DNA of 31,723 nt from Methanoregulaceae archaeon. GTDB lineage: Archaea; Halobacteriota; Methanomicrobia; Methanomicrobiales; Methanospirillaceae. Shown one piece after another: positions 1-7,639 of the stretch. The DNA lies in contig JALOPT010000012.1 of NCBI GenBank assembly GCA_025453715.1, forward strand, positions 1-31,723, read 5' to 3'. Below the pieces are notes generated by a model. The model saw only the letters and a program-made list of their open reading frames with translations, was not told the origin of the DNA and searched no databases. The translations under genes and the position numbers were made by a program. Positions within the stretch are counted from its first letter, which is position 1. Each line of letters starts with the position of its first letter.

Positions 1-91
1 CCTTATAATGTTCGCAGGGATCCAAAAATGGTGTTTATCTCCCTTCAATAAATCCAGTTTTTTGGTGTATCCAGTTTTTTTGATTTGCAGA

Positions 92-682
92 TTACTTAGA
101 AATGCCTGCACCTGAATAGGCATTATAAAAGTACTCAACTGGTGAGTCTTTCGTAATGGTCAGGGTGTATATTCCATTCTCCAGATTGATCTCTCTCCTT
201 TTTATCCCGGGGTCTCCGAACATCATTCCCACTTGGGCTTTATGCAATACAAAAAGATCTTCCGGCAGAATGATTTCATCAACCAGTAGTGTTTTACTGA
301 TATTTTTTTCATTCCATGGATACATCCTATACTCCTGGTCTTCATATTCGAAATAAAACTGGGATTGATTATTCTTTACCGCTATTACCCAGTTTTTTGC
401 GTTTCCCGAAGTGTCAATGTCCTCACCGTGAATATAGTGAATAGTGTAGTTACCTGCCCGTGCCATTCTTCCGAAATCATCTGACCTAAGTGCCATAATG
501 GCCTCTTCGAGACTAATCCGATCCCGGTACTCGTTATCTGAATTATTAAGCAGTGTAAACTGTGGTTTATCTGATGACTGCCCCAGAATCAACCCGTATG
601 CAAAAAAAATACCAACCATGATTCCCAGAAATACAAGGATAACAACGATAATCATGAAATTAGGAGCCAGTCTGGATTTCAT
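92..682 (-). CDS. Hypothetical membrane-anchored/secreted protein
   Basis: 196-aa ORF with ATG start; N-terminal hydrophobic helix (MIIVVILVFLGIMVGIFFAYGLILG) followed by a polar domain with N-x-S/T sequons (NNS, NYT, NQS, NIS); AT-rich. No family recognised. Confidence 0.75.
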   Translation of the reverse strand: MKSRLAPNFMIIVVILVFLGIMVGIFFAYGLILGQSSDKPQFTLLNNSDNEYRDRISLEEAIMALRSDDFGRMARAGNYTIHYIHGEDIDTSGNAKNWVIAVKNNQSQFYFEYEDQEYRMYPWNEKNISKTLLVDEIILPEDLFVLHKAQVGMMFGDPGIKRREINLENGIYTLTITKDSPVEYFYNAYSGAGISK

Positions 683-773
683 AACAATATAGCCTCTATG
701 GGCGATGCATTACCATAATGCTAACGATCATAAGACCGAGCCAGTTATAACACACGGAAAAACAATTATCTTT

Positions 774-1229
774 ATGCCCTCCAACCCCAACGAAACCCCC
801 CCTCTAACCCGCGAGCTTACCGTTCCCGAATTCCCGCTTGTCAAAGAAGTGTGGTACCATTACCACCAGCAGGAGCCCAACCCCGCTGAAGACCGCATAT
901 TCGGCACCTTTATTGACGGAAAACTGGCCGCTGTTGCAAGGTGCCGGCTTCACCCGGACGGTCACGAAGTCGACGGGGTCTTCACCCTTGATGAATTCCG
1001 TGGGCGAGGCCTCGCCCGGCTCGTAGTACAGGCCCTTATCGATGCGTGCGGGCACGATGTGCTGTACATGCACTCGACACTGCAGCTCATCAGTTTCTAC
1101 AAAACATTCGGGTTTGTCCCCATCCCCGAGGACCAGCTCCCGAAAATGATAAGGGACCGGTTCCTCTTCTGCTTCGGTGAAATGGCCGGATGTAATGTCT
1201 GCCCGATGCGGAGGGAAGCTGGTGGGTGA
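774..1229 (+). CDS. GNAT family N-acetyltransferase
   Basis: Acetyl-CoA motif A VDGVFTLDEFRGRGLAR and FYKTFGF motif B. ATG 774 preferred over 705 because the extension overlaps the AT-rich promoter region shared with the divergent upstream gene. Confidence 0.85.
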   Translation: MPSNPNETPPLTRELTVPEFPLVKEVWYHYHQQEPNPAEDRIFGTFIDGKLAAVARCRLHPDGHEVDGVFTLDEFRGRGLARLVVQALIDACGHDVLYMHSTLQLISFYKTFGFVPIPEDQLPKMIRDRFLFCFGEMAGCNVCPMRREAGG

Positions 1230-1398
1230 ATGGTATTAGTGCGGCATCTTAATTCCAGTCGGTATTGGGCGGGGTCATGCAGTGATTGAAATCAAGATAA
1301 TAACATCTGTGCCGGATAAGGGAAGATCCCAATAAAAATCCTTTTTGCAAAAGAATTATCGCTCCTCGTGTAGCACTGTACATTACCATGGCCCGGAT

Positions 1399-1632
1399 GT
1401 GTTTACCCTGCTCGTAAAATTTGAAATTTATTCTGATGGCAAATACTGGTGCGGCCGGGGCATCGGCGTCGATATTTTCACCCAGGGGAAAACTCTCGAT
1501 GATCTGATGGTAAATATCCGAGAAGCAGTCGAGCTCCACTTTGAAGAAGAACTGGGAAAAGGGGAGAGTATCCGGATCCTCTCAATATCTGAGACCGAGG
1601 TAGGAACTGTTGCCCGGGCTTCCGGTTGTTAG
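1399..1632 (+). CDS. hicB: HicB family antitoxin (short form, no C-terminal DNA-binding domain)
   Basis: IFTQGKTLDDLMVNIREAVELHFE matches the HicB N-terminal TQGxTxxExxxNxxEA signature; overlaps hicA by 23 nt. Start uncertain (GTG 1399 or CTG 1408; ORF track begins at 1345). Confidence 0.85.
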   Translation: MFTLLVKFEIYSDGKYWCGRGIGVDIFTQGKTLDDLMVNIREAVELHFEEELGKGESIRILSISETEVGTVARASGC

Positions 1633-1849
1633 TGGAAAAGACCTAATCAAAGTCTTTTCAAGACTTGGTTATCATGTTGTTCGGCAGCGGGGCAGCCATG
1701 CCCAACTCAAATGTATCACACCTGCCGGAGAACATACAATAACCATTCCCCTTCATGATGAGATCGCGCCCGGTACATTGAACGATATACTTTCGAAAGT
1801 TGCGATCTGGAAAGGAATATCCAAAGATGAATTGATCCGGATGCTTTAG
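1610..1849 (+). CDS. hicA: HicA family mRNA interferase toxin
   Basis: LPVVSGKDLIKVFSRLGYHVVRQRGSH with the conserved GSH His, then ITIPLHDEIAPGTLNDIL; TTG start with GAGGT upstream. Confidence 0.92.
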   Translation: MPGLPVVSGKDLIKVFSRLGYHVVRQRGSHAQLKCITPAGEHTITIPLHDEIAPGTLNDILSKVAIWKGISKDELIRML

Positions 1850-1994
1850 TAGCAGATAAATCAATGAAACAAAGATTACCTCATGGAACGGGTCCTCTTT
1901 AGTTTCGGTGAAATGACCGGGTGCAAACGATCTGCCCGATGCAACCCCTGATATGAATGGATGTTATATATTCTGAAGAAATTGAGTTGTTGCT

Positions 1995-2393
1995 ATGAGC
2001 CCTAACTTTTTATCTCCTTTATCAAGCCAAAATGGAAGAAAGCCCCTCTATTACCGGTTACTAATCCTGCTCATGTTCATAGCCGTCCTGACCAGTACGA
2101 TCCTCGTTTCCGGCTGTTCCGCACCGGCAAAGGATCCTGTTATCGGCACATGGACCTGGTCGGACGAAAAAGGGTACTTAGAGAGCTATACATTCAACCC
2201 GGACCATACATTTTCCGCACAGGCACTCGGTTCGGAATTTAACGGTACATGGGAGATGGTCTCATCCGGTCATTACCAGGTGACCTATCATAACCTCAAT
2301 GACCCGTTACAGAATGAGACGCTTAATGAAAAGGTCCTCTACGATAGCAAAACAGACGAGATTTATTTCCCCGGGCATCAGAGGGTGGTTTGA
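1995..2393 (+). CDS. Putative lipoprotein, small beta-rich domain
   Basis: Hydrophobic stretch ending in a lipobox-like LVSGC, then IGTWTW and NGTWE beta motifs; TATA-like GTTATATA about 25-30 nt upstream of the ATG. Confidence 0.75.
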   Translation: MSPNFLSPLSSQNGRKPLYYRLLILLMFIAVLTSTILVSGCSAPAKDPVIGTWTWSDEKGYLESYTFNPDHTFSAQALGSEFNGTWEMVSSGHYQVTYHNLNDPLQNETLNEKVLYDSKTDEIYFPGHQRVV

Positions 2394-2492
2394 AGGGATG
2401 TGTGGATAACAATAAGGGTGAAACTCCCATCGAGGCCTTTCTGTATCCCATCCAATCTCACCTTTCAAGTCCTTTGAAGGAAATAATTCACT

Positions 2493-3107
2493 ATGGTACA
2501 TTTCCCCGCCACAATACCCTCATTTTCTGATGCTGTCAGGTTTCATGGTCATACCTGCCCTGGCCTCGCGCTCGGCTACCGGGCAGCCCTTATCGCCCTT
2601 GAAGAGCTCAGGAGCGACCCGTCACATGACGAGGAACTGGTAGCAATCGTAGAGAACGACGCCTGCGGGATCGACGCCCTCCAGGTCGTTACCGGATGTA
2701 CTGCGGGAAAGGGGAACCTCCTCTTCCTTGACTATGGAAAACATGTCTATACCATTATCAACAGGCGGAACGGGAAGGCGGTCAGGGTAGCTACCAGGCC
2801 CACCTTCTCAACGGCAGCTATCGACCCTGCATTTGGGGATCTTAGGGCGAAGGTCATGTCGGGAGACGCGACGGATGAAGAACACGAACAGTTTGAGAAA
2901 CATCGCGATGCCGTTTGTCATGCAATTCTGACAATCCCCTACCAGGATATATTTTCAGTCCGGCGTGTTGATTCACAGGTCCCGGTCCCGGCAAAAATAT
3001 ACAAGTCGGTACCTTGTGACCGCTGTGGGGAGATGGTCTCGGAACACCGCGTAGTAATCTCCGGTGGAAAATCGCTCTGCATCCCGTGTTCTGAAAGAAA
3101 AGAGTAA
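2493..3107 (+). CDS. fmdE: FmdE family protein with C-terminal zinc finger
   Basis: FHGHTCPGLALG, CGIDALQ and GKGNL motifs; C-terminal CDRCGE...CIPC TraR/DksA-like finger. Family membership does not prove a role in formylmethanofuran dehydrogenase. Confidence 0.9.
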   Translation: MVHFPATIPSFSDAVRFHGHTCPGLALGYRAALIALEELRSDPSHDEELVAIVENDACGIDALQVVTGCTAGKGNLLFLDYGKHVYTIINRRNGKAVRVATRPTFSTAAIDPAFGDLRAKVMSGDATDEEHEQFEKHRDAVCHAILTIPYQDIFSVRRVDSQVPVPAKIYKSVPCDRCGEMVSEHRVVISGGKSLCIPCSERKE

Positions 3108-3263
3108 TTTTTTTCGGGATCCATCATGAAATCGGATCCCCTTCAGTCTCTCTACAAATCATTCTTCAAACCAGACTATTCCCTGTAAGATCAGGTAGAA
3201 TTGTAAGAAATCAGGGATTCCCACGATAAATTCCGGTTTAACAGAATAACGGTAAAACCCGGG

Positions 3264-3779
3264 TCAGAACTCAAGCATGTCCATCGCGATGAGAGGGTCC
3301 TCGCACATACCCGGGCGGGCCTTCAGTAACCTCATCACCTTTCTTAACCGGGCTTTCAACCGGCTGTTCTCTGCTTCAAGCCTCTTCATACGCTGGTACA
3401 TCGGCTCCCTGCCCCCAGCACCACAGAGGCTTGCGACGTACTGCTTGAGAAGGCGGTCTGCGGTGTTATGCCGTCGTGGGATCCACTGGATCTCGATGGT
3501 CAGTTCCTTTCCGTGGATGAGGTCCTGTATCTCGACCGACTTTTTAACAAATGCCGGTGATTTTGACCTCCCTTCACCGGTCAGGTGCCAGACCACCGTC
3601 TGACTGTCGGTACGTATCCGGGCGTGTGACCGTGGAGGCAGGTTTTCAAGCGCGAGGATGACCGCGTTAAACTCTGCCTCGTTATTCGAGATCCCTTTCT
3701 CGTACATAAAATAGACCTCATCGTCGGGGAATAGGGCCACGCTATGGCCATCCCCGCTCCCGTCAACGGTAATGTCCAT
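3264..3779 (-). CDS. RNase HI-fold protein with C-terminal coiled coil
   Basis: From ATG 3779: VDG (D6), SNNEAEF (E36), TDSQ (D58), WIPRRHNTAD (D108) give the full D-E-D-D RNase H catalytic set; C-terminal RMKRLEAENSRLKARLRKVMRLL heptad helix. Confidence 0.85.
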   Translation of the reverse strand: MDITVDGSGDGHSVALFPDDEVYFMYEKGISNNEAEFNAVILALENLPPRSHARIRTDSQTVVWHLTGEGRSKSPAFVKKSVEIQDLIHGKELTIEIQWIPRRHNTADRLLKQYVASLCGAGGREPMYQRMKRLEAENSRLKARLRKVMRLLKARPGMCEDPLIAMDMLEF

Positions 3780-3871
3780 GCGCCCATGCACCTGCGTATC
3801 ATCATGTAACGGCACTCCCTGGAACCTGCGTTTCAGGGGAAAACAGGGGTGAACAAGGGTGGTTCCATCTG

Positions 3872-3968
3872 AAAAAAGAGAGAGTATGGGGGGAGAGGGG
3901 TTCCCGTCAGGGAATTGAACCAGTGGGACATGTTCCCGTGGCAGCAGGTGGTTTCCTCCGCTTAACCT
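3872..3968 (-). ncRNA. Candidate small RNA or structured leader
   Basis: Minus-strand TATA at 3991-3999, three hairpins (3944-3961, 3920-3941, 3901-3914), a pyrimidine tract and a U6 run (3872-3877); no ATG-started ORF covers it. Ends are inferred; no family recognised. Confidence 0.35.
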
Positions 3969-3990
3969 TGATAGATGGATATATTCCCCA

Positions 3991-3999
3991 TATATTTAA
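3991..3999 (-). promoter_or_regulatory. Archaeal TATA box with purine-rich BRE-like upstream sequence
   Basis: Minus strand reads GAAAATAA-TTAAATATA. Confidence 0.5.
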
Positions 4000-4188
4000 T
4001 TATTTTCTAAAAGTGCCAGCGTTACCGTCCCATTTTTGCAATATGGTGGTTGGACACAGGCCTTGCGAGAAATTAACCGAAAAACGTGGAATTCTGAATT
4101 AGCTTCATGTATCAACGTTTTAAAAAAAAGGAGATGATTATTGTTCAATTCTAACCCGGGATTCTTGAATATTCACTATGAACACCAG

Positions 4189-5061
4189 TCAACGCACGAT
4201 CTTCGTAATAGGGATCTCAAGGATATCTTCTGCGCCTGATGCCTTGAGCTTCGGTATGAGGGTGTTCACGAGATTTTTATGGACAACCGTCTCAATACTG
4301 AAAAAGTCAATACCATGGAGCCTGGAGACCGTTGGTTTCTTCAGTGCCGGCAGGGTGGAGACGACCGTTTCGAGCATTGCCGCAGGGACGTTCATCGTTA
4401 ACAGCACCTTGTTACGGGCCTCGATCACGCCCATCAGGAGCGTCACGATCTCTTCCATCTCCCTCCGTTTGACAGGGTCGTTGAAGATCTCCCTGTTCGC
4501 GATGATGACCGTATACGATTCCATGATCTGGCCGATAATCTTAAGACCGTTCTTACGGAGCGTTGTCCCGGTTTCAGTCAGGTCGACCACCACGTCCATC
4601 AGGTCAGGGACCTTTGCCTCGCTGGCACCATAGGATGGGAACAGGCGCACAGGTATACCAAGACGACCAAAGAACTCCCGGGTCATCTCGGGGTACTCGG
4701 TTGTTACCCTGCTGTCCGGGCGGATCTCGTTCACGGTTGAGACAGGCTCATCCCTGTGGACAGCGACCACGATCTTTACATTACCCTGCCCGGTCTTGCT
4801 GTAATTGAGTTTTGCAATTTCCTTGACTTTTGCACCCGATTCACAGACCCAGTCAAGGCCCGAAATCCCCATGTCGAAATATCCCATCTCGATGTAGGTC
4901 GGAATTTCCTGTGGCCTGAGGATCTTGACCTTTCCTATCCGCTCGTCATTAATCTGCGGGTTATAATCGCGGTCCGTCCTCCGGACCTCGAGATCAGCCT
5001 CCTTAAAGAGCTGGAGGGTCTGTTCCTCAAGGCTCCCTTTTGGGAGTGCAATATTGATCAT
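4189..5061 (-). CDS. hisG: ATP phosphoribosyltransferase (long form)
   Basis: IALPKGSL, RPQEIP, GISGLDW, VVDLTETGTTL motifs plus the C-terminal regulatory domain (PTVS...GAEDIL). Confidence 0.97.
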   Translation of the reverse strand: MINIALPKGSLEEQTLQLFKEADLEVRRTDRDYNPQINDERIGKVKILRPQEIPTYIEMGYFDMGISGLDWVCESGAKVKEIAKLNYSKTGQGNVKIVVAVHRDEPVSTVNEIRPDSRVTTEYPEMTREFFGRLGIPVRLFPSYGASEAKVPDLMDVVVDLTETGTTLRKNGLKIIGQIMESYTVIIANREIFNDPVKRREMEEIVTLLMGVIEARNKVLLTMNVPAAMLETVVSTLPALKKPTVSRLHGIDFFSIETVVHKNLVNTLIPKLKASGAEDILEIPITKIVR

Positions 5062-5102
5062 AGGAAATAGAAATAGCAGGGAATGGATTAAACCCTGACG
5101 GT

Positions 5103-6362
5103 TCAGTTAAGCAGGTGGACAAGGAGCCCCGAGAGGAGTTTCGGTTCGAACCATGTCGATTTCGGGGGCATAATGCACCCTGCATCGGCAATGGCAAGCA
5201 CGGTATCCACGTCCACCGGCTGCATGGAGAAGGCTGCCATAAACTCCCCGCGGTCAACCAGTGCTTCGAGGTCCCCGACAGGCCTCGCACCACCAAGGTA
5301 CTGGAGCCGCATGTCCCCCCGCGGGTCGGTGATCCCGAGGAGTTTTTCAAGTACCAGTTTCTGGAGGACTGATACGTCCAGGGACTCGATCGGCCCTGCG
5401 CCCTCCTCGTATGGGAGTGAGCACTCGTACCAGATACCGTTCAGGTACATGTGGAAGACATGGTGCGGGGTGAAGTAGAGGTCTCTCGCCAGGACCTGGT
5501 ATGCAGAGGGGTCAACCCCGGCTATCGAGGTCACCTGGAAGGTCTGGCTGATCTTACCCAGCAGTGTTTCCGGCGGGACCTTTTTCTGTTGCGTGACAAG
5601 CCGGCTGTACCCGTGGATCGTGACCCGCCGGTGCGAGAACAGTACACCTATGAAATGTCCCGCTTCTTCTCCCTTGTCGCCGTTCGCCCGTCTTTTTTCC
5701 GCGACATTTACGGCGGACTTTGCACGGTGATGGCCATCGGCAATATATGCATTGACCCCCCTGAACATTTCCTGTATCCGGGAATATGCTGTATCATCGG
5801 TCACCCGGAAGATCTCATGAAGCGCCCCGAGTTCGCTCGTTACCGATGTAACCGGCTTCTGCCCGTTTGTTACAAGCGACTCGATATATGTGTAGATTTC
5901 ACCCGGGTCATTGTACAGGAGGACAACAGGCCCCGTGTGGGCGTTGACCGTTTCGATATGCCGGGTCCTGTCCTCCTCCTTGTCATAGCGTGTTGCCTCG
6001 TGTCGCCTGATCTGGTTTGACAGGTAATCATCCACGTCGAGGCAGCAGGCAAGGCCCAGGTAACATGAGTCCCCCTCCGTTACCCGGTAGAGATAGAGGG
6101 CCGGACTTTCGTCCTGCACCATCTGCCCTTCCCGGATCATGTTCTGGAAGTTTTCCCTTGCCAGTTCGTACACCTGCGGGTCATAGGGAGAACCATCCGG
6201 CAGCAGTGCATCTGAACGGCTGACCCGGAGGAAGCTCTCGTGATTTTTTCTGATACACTCTCGCGCCTCTTCTGCACTGACGACATCATAGGGTACGGCG
6301 GCTATCCCCTGTGCATGTGCTGGTGCAGGACGCACCGCGGAAAAACGAAAGATCCTTACCAT
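5103..6362 (-). CDS. DUF1015 family protein
   Basis: VPYDVVS, HEATRYDKEEDR, YIADGHHRAKSA and MPPKSTWFEPKLLSGL motifs. Start set at MVRIFRF (6362) to avoid overlap with divergent rimI. Confidence 0.92.
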   Translation of the reverse strand: MVRIFRFSAVRPAPAHAQGIAAVPYDVVSAEEARECIRKNHESFLRVSRSDALLPDGSPYDPQVYELARENFQNMIREGQMVQDESPALYLYRVTEGDSCYLGLACCLDVDDYLSNQIRRHEATRYDKEEDRTRHIETVNAHTGPVVLLYNDPGEIYTYIESLVTNGQKPVTSVTSELGALHEIFRVTDDTAYSRIQEMFRGVNAYIADGHHRAKSAVNVAEKRRANGDKGEEAGHFIGVLFSHRRVTIHGYSRLVTQQKKVPPETLLGKISQTFQVTSIAGVDPSAYQVLARDLYFTPHHVFHMYLNGIWYECSLPYEEGAGPIESLDVSVLQKLVLEKLLGITDPRGDMRLQYLGGARPVGDLEALVDRGEFMAAFSMQPVDVDTVLAIADAGCIMPPKSTWFEPKLLSGLLVHLLN

Positions 6363-6448
6363 GGAAACCGGCACTCGCGTTCTCATATAATTGCGCCCTG
6401 ATTCTATATGATAGATATTATAGCAGTGACAAACGGTGATCGGGAGCA

Positions 6449-6913
6449 ATGGCTGACGACCATGTACAGATCCGGAGGGCACGGTTCACCGATGTCGATG
6501 CAATCGCAGCAATAGAGGCGGAATCGTTCCCTGATCCATGGGGTGGTGATATTTTCTCGGAGTCCGTTTCATGTTTTCCGAGCACGTTTTTTGTCGCATC
6601 TTCAGGAAACCAGTTGGCCGGGTTCGTTGTCGGTGGACTCGAGGATACTGGTGACGAGGTGTATGGCCATATCTGTAACATCGCGGTATCGAAGGCGTTC
6701 CGGAATGCAGGCATCGGGAGACAACTCGTAAGGCGTATTGAGCACCAGTTTGCGCTTGAATCTGCATCAGGCGTCCAGCTTGAAGTCCGTGTCTCGAATA
6801 TGAAAGCCCAGCAGTTTTACCAGAAGCTCGGGTACCAGGACGTGTTCCGGATCGTGCAGTATTACGCAAACGGAGAGGACGCGCTCGTCATGATGAAGTG
6901 GTTCAGGTTTTAA
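6449..6913 (+). CDS. rimI: Ribosomal-protein/N-terminal acetyltransferase RimI-like
   Basis: IEAESFPDPW, GHICNIAV, FRNAGIG, LEVRVSN, YYANGEDA motifs. Confidence 0.93.
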   Translation: MADDHVQIRRARFTDVDAIAAIEAESFPDPWGGDIFSESVSCFPSTFFVASSGNQLAGFVVGGLEDTGDEVYGHICNIAVSKAFRNAGIGRQLVRRIEHQFALESASGVQLEVRVSNMKAQQFYQKLGYQDVFRIVQYYANGEDALVMMKWFRF

Positions 6914-6921
6914 AAAAAAGA

Positions 6922-7539
6922 TTACGTTTTAAGGGCCTCTGCAAGCCGCTTATTCACAATGTCCCAGTTCACGATATTCCAGAAGTTTTCGACGTATTTC
7001 GCCCGGTCATTCTTATAATCCACATAGTACGCATGCTCCCAGACATCGAGCACCATGATGATCCGGAACGGGTAGGTATTGACCCCGTGCTTTTCCACCT
7101 GCATGATCAGCGGGCGCATCGTAGTAAGGCAGATCGTAAGTGCTGCCCAGCCGGATCCCTCTGTGCTGTTTGCGGCCTGGGTAAACTCTTTTTTGAACCG
7201 CTCGAATGATCCGAATTCTGCTGTGATCATCTCTCCAGCTTTTCCGGCAGGTATACCGCCGCCACCCTTTCCGGCAGGTGCCATGTTCTCCCAGAACAGC
7301 GTGTGCATCCTGTTCCCGCCGAGATGGAACGCGAGTTCCTTTAAGGTCGCCTTGATATCGAGGTCAAGATTTGCCGATCTTGCGTTGTCGAGTTTTTCAA
7401 GGACTGCATTCGCGCCATTGACGTAGGCCTGGTGGTGCTTACTGTGGTGCAGCCTGAGCTGTTCCTCGGATATGGCGGGTGCAAGGCCTGCGTAGTCATA
7501 GGGCAGTGCAGGAAGGGAATAGCGTTTAGGTTCGGTCAT
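6922..7539 (-). CDS. sod: Fe/Mn superoxide dismutase
   Basis: [16 protein letters not shown] and DVWEHAYY provide all four metal ligands; QVEKH is of the archaeal His-type. Confidence 0.98.
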   Translation of the reverse strand: MTEPKRYSLPALPYDYAGLAPAISEEQLRLHHSKHHQAYVNGANAVLEKLDNARSANLDLDIKATLKELAFHLGGNRMHTLFWENMAPAGKGGGGIPAGKAGEMITAEFGSFERFKKEFTQAANSTEGSGWAALTICLTTMRPLIMQVEKHGVNTYPFRIIMVLDVWEHAYYVDYKNDRAKYVENFWNIVNWDIVNKRLAEALKT

Positions 7540-7639
7540 AGTGTGGAAGTGGTCGTGTAGTGATATAATTGTTGGGGGTGCGGTAGATTAGTAAGAAGTC
7601 TGCAAAATAGTGAGGGATCTCTTCTGATAACTTCAGGGC

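Noticed and set aside
1343-1352. TTTTGCAAAA palindrome upstream of hicB as an operator
   Set aside because: A low-complexity 10-mer in AT-rich DNA, and this HicB lacks a DNA-binding domain.
774-1849. GNAT plus hicBA as a three-component or GNAT-toxin TA system
   Set aside because: No RHH antitoxin gene precedes the GNAT, and about 170 bp of AT-rich DNA separates it from hicB.
2416-2460. GGGTGAAACTCCC upstream of fmdE, resembling the FMN riboswitch P2 loop; the region also loosely resembles the Moco RNA 3' part
   Set aside because: The following ACCGGCGGT and the remaining FMN helices are absent; the TGGATGGGA-like segment is on the opposite strand; the spacer (about 100 nt) is too short.
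3116-3188. GGGATCC-N11-GGATCCC inverted repeat and a 20-codon ORF after fmdE
   Set aside because: Short, between convergent genes and next to a T-run; most simply terminator-region sequence with no coding evidence.
3908-3922. GGTTCAATTCCC (minus strand), like a tRNA T-loop
   Set aside because: No 5-bp T-stem, acceptor stem or anticodon arm can be formed.
3901-3960. GAAAC...CTGACGG on the minus strand as a hammerhead ribozyme
   Set aside because: The core is CUGACGG rather than CUGANGA and stem III does not pair.
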